Source of the DNA: a virus
Lineage: Duplodnaviria; Caudoviricetes
Direction: 5' to 3' (one strand)
Virus record (IMG/VR): IMGVR_UViG_3300020294_000019
Span: 1 to 31,000 of that record
DNA: 31,000 nt
Shown: positions 26,186 through 31,000 of the stretch, piece by piece
Numbering within the stretch: the first letter of the stretch is position 1
Layout: each line of letters starts with the position of its first letter
Notes under the pieces: model-generated
What the model was told of the DNA's origin: nothing
Database searches by the model: none
Seen by the model: only the letters and a program-made list of their open reading frames with translations
Made by a program: the position numbers and the translations under genes

Positions 26186-27234
26186 GCAAAGTTGACGATC
26201 GAGAAAGCGACTTCAAAGACATCGATGCTCAGATATCCGTGGCTGACGAGGCTGAGCGGTTCATTAAAGATCCGTCAGTATTTTTCGATAGCCTCATCGA
26301 AAGGCGAGCCAAGATTGACGAAGGGATCAAGCTGCCCTGGCGAAGTCTGGATGAAAAGCTATCGTTGCGAGAGGGCGAAGTGATCGTTATCGCCGGCCCG
26401 TCTGGTCATGGCAAGTCAATGAACACCAACCATATCTGCCATCACGCTATGGTCAATGGCACTCGCGTGGGAATAGCCAGCTTAGAGCTCCAGGCAGAGG
26501 ATTTGTTGGAGCAGTTCTGCGAGTTTTCCGCTGCCAGGGCTCGACCAGAACCAGAGTATGTGAAGCGTTATTTAGATTGGGCCGATGGCCGGCTGCATAT
26601 CTACAACGTGACGTCCACGATCGCCCCCTATGACGCCATTCGGATGTGTATCCGCATGGCTGAGATGCAATGCAAGCTGATCGTGTTGGACTGTCTGATG
26701 ATGATGAATTTATCAGATGATTCTAGAGGTAATGAAAACCGCGTAGAGCGGGACTTCATGGCGACACTCAATGCGATCGCCAAGAAATACAACGTTTCCA
26801 TCGTGCTCGTCCACCACATCAGGAAGCCGGACGGGAAGTCCGAAAACGTGGTGCCCAATATGCACTCGCTGCTGGGCTCATCGATGATTACCAACATGGC
26901 TAGTACGGTGATTATTTTTTTCATGTTCATGGAGCAAGTGCAAGCCAGGAAGATGCGCGAACCGCCGACTACGCTCAGCAACGGCAAGCCATATGACCGA
27001 ACTGCCCGCGATGCAGTGCTGAAGGTGGTCAAGCAGCGCAATAACGCTTGGAACGGAGCTATACGCCTCTGGCAGTGTGACAACCACCGCGCGTTTATTG
27101 ATGACCATTCTGGTTGGGATGTTGCGCTTCCTAAGTATGTTGGCCCGCCCCAAGGCAAGCGGACACGCGCTCCGCAACGGTTCCCCGGCGATGGTTTCAA
27201 GCCGGAAGTGGTGGAGTCTGCGGTCAATGGGTGA
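26182..27234 (+). CDS. DnaB-like (SF4) replicative helicase
   Basis: Walker A GPSGHGKS, SLE motif, Walker B LIVLDCL, LVHHIRK, GSS.I and KQRN motifs. Confidence 0.9.
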   Translation: MSKVDDRESDFKDIDAQISVADEAERFIKDPSVFFDSLIERRAKIDEGIKLPWRSLDEKLSLREGEVIVIAGPSGHGKSMNTNHICHHAMVNGTRVGIASLELQAEDLLEQFCEFSAARARPEPEYVKRYLDWADGRLHIYNVTSTIAPYDAIRMCIRMAEMQCKLIVLDCLMMMNLSDDSRGNENRVERDFMATLNAIAKKYNVSIVLVHHIRKPDGKSENVVPNMHSLLGSSMITNMASTVIIFFMFMEQVQARKMREPPTTLSNGKPYDRTARDAVLKVVKQRNNAWNGAIRLWQCDNHRAFIDDHSGWDVALPKYVGPPQGKRTRAPQRFPGDGFKPEVVESAVNG

Positions 27235-27655
27235 GGGGTTCTTCATCGATAGCAAGGGTCAGATCGATCGCCTGACTGCCCGGGTCGCTGAGATCGTGGA
27301 CGCCGGCAATGCGGTGTCGCTGTCTCTCCTGATTGGGCGCACCAGGTCGAGTCGGCAACGAGCTGCTCTCGAGGTCTGGTGTCGCATGGTAGCTGAGCTA
27401 TTCAACGAGGCGGGCATCACCAGGTCGATTCACTCCTCTATTTTCAAGTCGGGTGAGCTGGAGGCTCCCTGGAGCCAGGCTGCGGTGAAGGATGAGATAT
27501 GGCGTCCCATGCAGCGGGCGATCGCCAAGGTTGAATCTACGACTGAGGCTACGACAAAGCAGTATGTCGAGGTCTATGAGGCCCTGACGCGGGCATTCGG
27601 AAACAAGGGAATCACCCTGCCTAAGTGGCCCGTGAGAATCGATCGTGGGGGTTAA
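27227..27655 (+). CDS. NinB-like protein
   Basis: RS..Q...L.VW...VA..., W....VK..IW and ST......Y..VYE...G motifs. Position between helicase and NinG-like gene. ATG 27227 overlaps the helicase stop. Confidence 0.6.
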   Translation: MGEGFFIDSKGQIDRLTARVAEIVDAGNAVSLSLLIGRTRSSRQRAALEVWCRMVAELFNEAGITRSIHSSIFKSGELEAPWSQAAVKDEIWRPMQRAIAKVESTTEATTKQYVEVYEALTRAFGNKGITLPKWPVRIDRGG

Positions 27656-28028
27656 GCGAGAAGCCTGCGACATCCACTTCTCCAAGGCTGTACGGCACCG
27701 GGATCAACACCGCTGCCAGTACTGTTTTTCAGAGGGCACCGATTGTGCTCATGTGTATGGCAGAGCCAAGAAATCGACTCGGTGGTCTATGGACAATGCC
27801 CTTTGTTTATGCCGATACCATCATCGTTACTTCACGGCCAACCCGATCGAATTCCACGACTTCCTGCTGAAGATCTGGGGGGAAGGGCATATGGATATTC
27901 TTCGAGAGAAGGCCAACCAGACATACAAGACAACCAAAGAGCTGCGAAAGGAAATCGCAGCGCATTATCGAGAGCAGTTGAAACTCGCGGAGGCCGATTG
28001 GAACTATGAAATCGAAAGTTGGAATTAA
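27645..28028 (+). CDS. NinG-like (Rap) HNH endonuclease
   Basis: D..FS..VR.RD...CQYC...DCAH..GR....TRW..DN..CLC..HH signature. Confidence 0.8.
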   Translation: MGVKREACDIHFSKAVRHRDQHRCQYCFSEGTDCAHVYGRAKKSTRWSMDNALCLCRYHHRYFTANPIEFHDFLLKIWGEGHMDILREKANQTYKTTKELRKEIAAHYREQLKLAEADWNYEIESWN

Positions 28029-28264
28029 TGATTTCCCGGGGGTACATAGATTTGGGTGCTCAAGAAAGGTTCGATCTTTGGAAGGCGAGAGAAGAGCGTC
28101 GTAAACATCTGGGGCCAATGCCGGATTGCGCTCTGCCTAGTACCATGCTGATTGCTATGCAGGCTCTGAAGCGAGAGATTGATGATGCCTACGAGATTAG
28201 CGAGCGGCGAGACTGTGAGCGTCGGTTGCGTAAGATCCTGGCGTTGTATGAGGCCGAATCATGA
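28028..28264 (+). CDS. Hypothetical protein
   Basis: TAATG-coupled start at 28028 and ATGA-coupled to the next gene. Confidence 0.6.
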   Translation: MISRGYIDLGAQERFDLWKAREERRKHLGPMPDCALPSTMLIAMQALKREIDDAYEISERRDCERRLRKILALYEAES

Positions 28265-28614
28265 TCGAGCGATTCCTGGCGCACAAACTATTGCGGATGT
28301 GGGCCGACGCAGAGAGCAGGGAAGTACGTCATGTCGACTTCCCCAGGGTGTCCCCTATGTTCCGTGACTATCAAAGCGGATACCGGGCCAGCACTCACGC
28401 CGATGAGTATGAGGTTGTAGCTGAGCGGGTTGGTCGCGTATTACAGGAGATGCATCCAGCTCTCGCCAGGACGCTCAAGCAATTTTATTTTGAGGGCAGA
28501 GATCCGAAAAATGTCCGCAAGGCATTTAACCTAGCAATGGCAGATTTTTGCAAAAGGTATGATTCAACCCCGCTTGATCTTGGATATAACCCGGCACTCG
28601 AGACTGCAATATGA
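28261..28614 (+). CDS. Putative Q-like antiterminator / late transcription regulator
   Basis: LL.MW......FP..SPMF...V..V...M......L..FY pattern, and position at the end of the nin region. Confidence 0.5.
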   Translation: MIERFLAHKLLRMWADAESREVRHVDFPRVSPMFRDYQSGYRASTHADEYEVVAERVGRVLQEMHPALARTLKQFYFEGRDPKNVRKAFNLAMADFCKRYDSTPLDLGYNPALETAI

Positions 28615-28794
28615 AACCCGCCTATCGTTTGTGAATATCTCGATTCCGCAGCTCCTGCAGTATTGAGAAAAATATCGCTGGCGGTTATCTGAATTCTTCT
28701 TCCGCTGCTTGCACTTGTTTGAGCAATACATAGCGTCGTTTCTGAGGGCGACAAACTCCTCCGAACATACCTTGCACTCCATCTTTATCTCCAT
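28564..28794 (-). CDS. Small protein with two CxxC...YCS..C zinc-binding repeats
   Basis: CKVC...YCSNKC and CRSC...YCSLEC. TGATG coupling at 28794. Confidence 0.7.
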   Translation of the reverse strand: MEIKMECKVCSEEFVALRNDAMYCSNKCKQRKKNSDNRQRYFSQYCRSCGIEIFTNDRRVSYCSLECRVISKIKRG

Positions 28795-29084
28795 CAGTGC
28801 AAAGTCCTGTCGGGGTCGATTGCTAGTGTTATCAGTTCGTCCCAATCGGTACCCATATTTCGGTACGCCATCCCGGCTACGATGGGGTAATAAACGTCTT
28901 CATCATTCTCCACCGCGCCCCTAGACATCAGGCTTGCGATTGCGATGTATACCTCGGCTTCGCTCCAGCTATCCGAAAGCCAATCCCTGAGAGATTCGAG
29001 GGTGCAGCCGGAGTCTCCCAGGCACCAGAACAGCAGAAAGTTCCACACTGCCGCCTCGCAGTTGTTAAAGGGTTTATCAGACAC
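28794..29084 (-). CDS. Acidic hypothetical protein, possible winged-helix
   Basis: GTG 29084 overlaps the upstream stop. TLESLRDWL...SEAEVYIAIASLMSRGAV....VYY is a wHTH-like pattern. Confidence 0.55.
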   Translation of the reverse strand: MSDKPFNNCEAAVWNFLLFWCLGDSGCTLESLRDWLSDSWSEAEVYIAIASLMSRGAVENDEDVYYPIVAGMAYRNMGTDWDELITLAIDPDRTLH

Positions 29085-29274
29085 GTTTCTTTTTGTTTCG
29101 CATGGTTCTGGACATAAACTCGATGGCGTCCTCATCCCAAGAGCTGGCGCCCTTGGGTATGTGGTTGATCTTGCCCCCACGGTCGATAAACGCGGCTGTG
29201 TCGCGCTCGATCCTTTCTCTGTCCTTTTGGTTTTGTGGGGTCTTTTCGATCTTCAGCCAGTCATTGCTGGTCAC
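29077..29274 (-). CDS. SutA RNAP-binding-domain-like protein
   Basis: QKDRERIERDTAAFIDRGGKINHIPKG resembles the Pseudomonas SutA core (QKERDALAKAMEEFLSRGGKVQEI, recalled from memory). Confidence 0.65.
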   Translation of the reverse strand: MTSNDWLKIEKTPQNQKDRERIERDTAAFIDRGGKINHIPKGASSWDEDAIEFMSRTMRNKKKRV

Positions 29275-29357
29275 GGCATGGACATCCAGATTTCTAGGGC
29301 GATGCCCAGGGCGACGATGAACGCCAGTGCCAGGTAGTGTTCAGATATCTCAGGCAT
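29271..29357 (-). CDS. 28-aa single-pass membrane peptide (not in ORF track)
   Basis: MPEISEHYLALAFIVALGIALEIWMSMP*. Exactly fills the gap, with an 8-nt overlap upstream and a GTGA overlap downstream. Confidence 0.6.
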   Translation of the reverse strand: MPEISEHYLALAFIVALGIALEIWMSMP

Positions 29358-29694
29358 CTTTGGCCCCTTGATTCCAGGGGCGGGGGATGACAGTCGGCAC
29401 CAGGTCGCTCGCAAATTTCCGGGTTTCGCCTATGCCGTTGGTGATGAATAGAGTTTCTTTGTACTGGATCGAATGGTTGCGGCCCCGGGGCTTTAAAGGG
29501 GTTCGCGTCCATTTGGTTTTGCATTTGCCGTGATTGAACACGCCAGGCCACAGATCCTGTAGAGCAAACGAGGCATCTAGCAGATCGAGCAGCCGATCGT
29601 ATTCGTGACGGTTTTCGCGCAGTTTGGCCATAGCCTCCCTACGTGCTTGTACGTTGGCGATCTCCTCGATCACCTGGTCAGCCGTTTGCGGCAT
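29350..29694 (-). CDS. Hypothetical protein
   Basis: MPQTADQV... start with GGGGAG RBS; overlapping operon structure. Confidence 0.6.
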   Translation of the reverse strand: MPQTADQVIEEIANVQARREAMAKLRENRHEYDRLLDLLDASFALQDLWPGVFNHGKCKTKWTRTPLKPRGRNHSIQYKETLFITNGIGETRKFASDLVPTVIPRPWNQGAKDA

Positions 29695-29902
29695 AGTTGG
29701 TGTCTCCCCATTGACGTTCCAAAAGGTATTCCTCGGCCTTGTCGTAGTCACAATCGACTACCTCATAGCCGCAGTAGGTGAGGGTGATGTCGGAGTCGTA
29801 CAGTCGCCCGCCGACTCCGTTATCAGTTGGTGTGAGGCTCGACGTTCCCCAGTCCAAGTCTGGGTCGGTGATGTCGATCTCGATCGCTATCCAGAGCTTC
29901 AT
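29678..29902 (-). CDS. Small acidic hypothetical protein
   Basis: 74 aa with 16 D/E versus 4 K/R. GGAGG RBS and ATGA coupling. Confidence 0.65.
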   Translation of the reverse strand: MKLWIAIEIDITDPDLDWGTSSLTPTDNGVGGRLYDSDITLTYCGYEVVDCDYDKAEEYLLERQWGDTNYAANG

Positions 29903-30333
29903 GCCAAGCCCTCCCGTATTTTTGTAAGGTGCTGGCAGGCGCTACTGACTTTTTCGGCAGCGCTTGGCCGCAAGTGCTGTGATAGGTCAGCCAGACTTTC
30001 GTAGGCGTACAGGTCGCCGCCTTCCTCCGGGCCCGTAGTCATCCCGGGATTGAATATCTGCCCCAGAGCTGAGAGTGCCCGGTACTCTAGGGAGTGCTGC
30101 CCACTGTGCCATTCGGTGTAATGCCAGTAAGCGCCGATAATCAGCTCCGCCAGGTCGAACTCGGTACACTCGCCAATCCACCAGATATCGGCCGTTTCAT
30201 GCTCTCTGAGCTGAACAGCCAGCAGGATGATTAGCCTGGTCGTGCGCTCGTAATCACACTCAGTGAACATGGTGCGCTTGATGTTTTCGTAGAGCTCGGT
30301 AAAGCCCTCGACTCGATCAGCAGTCATGGTCAA
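29899..30333 (-). CDS. Hypothetical protein with a YWHYTEWHSGQ motif
   Basis: ORF of about 142-144 aa, GAGG RBS (start TTG 30333 or ATG 30327). Confidence 0.65.
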   Translation of the reverse strand: MTMTADRVEGFTELYENIKRTMFTECDYERTTRLIILLAVQLREHETADIWWIGECTEFDLAELIIGAYWHYTEWHSGQHSLEYRALSALGQIFNPGMTTGPEEGGDLYAYESLADLSQHLRPSAAEKVSSACQHLTKIREGLA

Positions 30334-30536
30334 CCTCTCTTAGATTTGAATGGGGTTAGATATCGGAGCTCGGACACGGGTTTGCGCTTGCGCTCACCAG
30401 TGGCAAAGCGGATTTGCATCCACTTGGGCCCCTTCTTCTCGATCCAGGCGACTCGACAGCCCTCGTCGGTTTTGTACCAACAGGGCGTAAAGCCGCGGGA
30501 TATCACCTTGCGGTATGTCCAGTGCTTGACCGTCAT
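30330..30536 (-). CDS. Small basic beta-rich hypothetical protein
   Basis: 68 aa, ATGA-coupled, K/R/W-rich. Confidence 0.6.
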   Translation of the reverse strand: MTVKHWTYRKVISRGFTPCWYKTDEGCRVAWIEKKGPKWMQIRFATGERKRKPVSELRYLTPFKSKRG

Positions 30537-30841
30537 AGCGCACCCCCAGGCCAGTCGGCTTTATCTAGCGTCCAACCCTGGTTGTCGACGCCGATCCTGC
30601 ACCGCTCATCGACAAGCTGGGCGTGTAGGGTTTCCCCTGCCCGGGCCTCGATGACGGATCCGTCTTTGAGTAAAAGCGCAACCCGGAGGGAGTCGGGAAG
30701 GCTTAGGGGCTCTTTCTGGCGCTCCTGGTTGCCCCCGCACATCAATCCGAATGTGATCATTGTCATCCCCCTGTCGATATAAATCCGATCTTCAGAAACC
30801 TCGATCGGCTCGGGGGTTTCGGTGTGAACCAATCCGTTCAT
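30533..30841 (-). CDS. Hypothetical protein
   Basis: Start moved to ATG 30841 (GAGGAGGT RBS, ATGA overlap with the upstream stop). Confidence 0.6.
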   Translation of the reverse strand: MNGLVHTETPEPIEVSEDRIYIDRGMTMITFGLMCGGNQERQKEPLSLPDSLRVALLLKDGSVIEARAGETLHAQLVDERCRIGVDNQGWTLDKADWPGGAL

Positions 30842-31000
30842 GCCGCCACCTCCTCGGGGAGTTGCGCTTCTACAACGCGCATCCAGTCCTGGCGATGATC
30901 GAAAGGGCGTGACTTGTCGCCCTGCCAGTACCATTCGCCGTCGATCTGACGGATGGAGCCAAAGCCCAGGTGATGGGCTATGGCGTTGAGGCGTGACTTG
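30838..31000 (-). CDS. 3' end of a hypothetical protein (partial)
   Basis: ...KSRLNAIAHHLGFGSIRQIDGEWYWQG...EEVAA*. Its stop overlaps the next ATG. Confidence 0.65.
   Translation of the reverse strand, partial: KSRLNAIAHHLGFGSIRQIDGEWYWQGDKSRPFDHRQDWMRVVEAQLPEEVAA

Noticed and set aside
30906-31000. 11-bp direct repeat GGCGTGACTTG
   Set aside because: Both copies encode KSR within one ORF; compatible with chance.
1-31000. Stop-codon reassignment
   Set aside because: Genes are full-length and densely packed under the standard code, and all three stop codons terminate genes.

Overview
The window is 31 kb of a temperate, podovirus-type tailed phage, probably marine and probably infecting a gammaproteobacterium. 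That host call is inferred from a tRNA-Asp attP core, a Pseudomonas-type repressor and a SutA-like gene. An intact attP shows the DNA is the excised/virion form rather than an integrated prophage. From left to right: (i) an AT-richer tail-fibre cassette (1-2617); (ii) an internal-virion/ejection module with a DUF4214-like repeat and hendecad coiled-coil protein, a GNAT, a Lys/Gly-Ala pilot-like protein and a ~3030-aa polyvalent protein (HExxH metallopeptidase motif, LPD38-type C-terminus); (iii) small membrane/nuclease-like ORFs; (iv) attP with tyrosine integrase and excisionase; (v) a leftward recombination operon (DUF3310, SSB, YqaJ exonuclease, Sak3/DUF1071); (vi) an immunity region with an HTH repressor lacking a peptidase domain and no obvious cro; (vii) a rightward replication/nin operon (stand-alone primase-type Zn finger, O-like initiator with iterons, DnaB-like helicase, NinB/NinG-like, Q-like); (viii) a convergent leftward cluster of small, tightly coupled genes that includes a SutA-like RNA-polymerase-binding protein. 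The best leads are the SutA-like gene, a four-palindrome element just beyond attP at the position of lambda sib, the hendecad/DUF4214-like protein and the giant polyvalent protein. All family names come from motif recognition by eye; no database searches were run.
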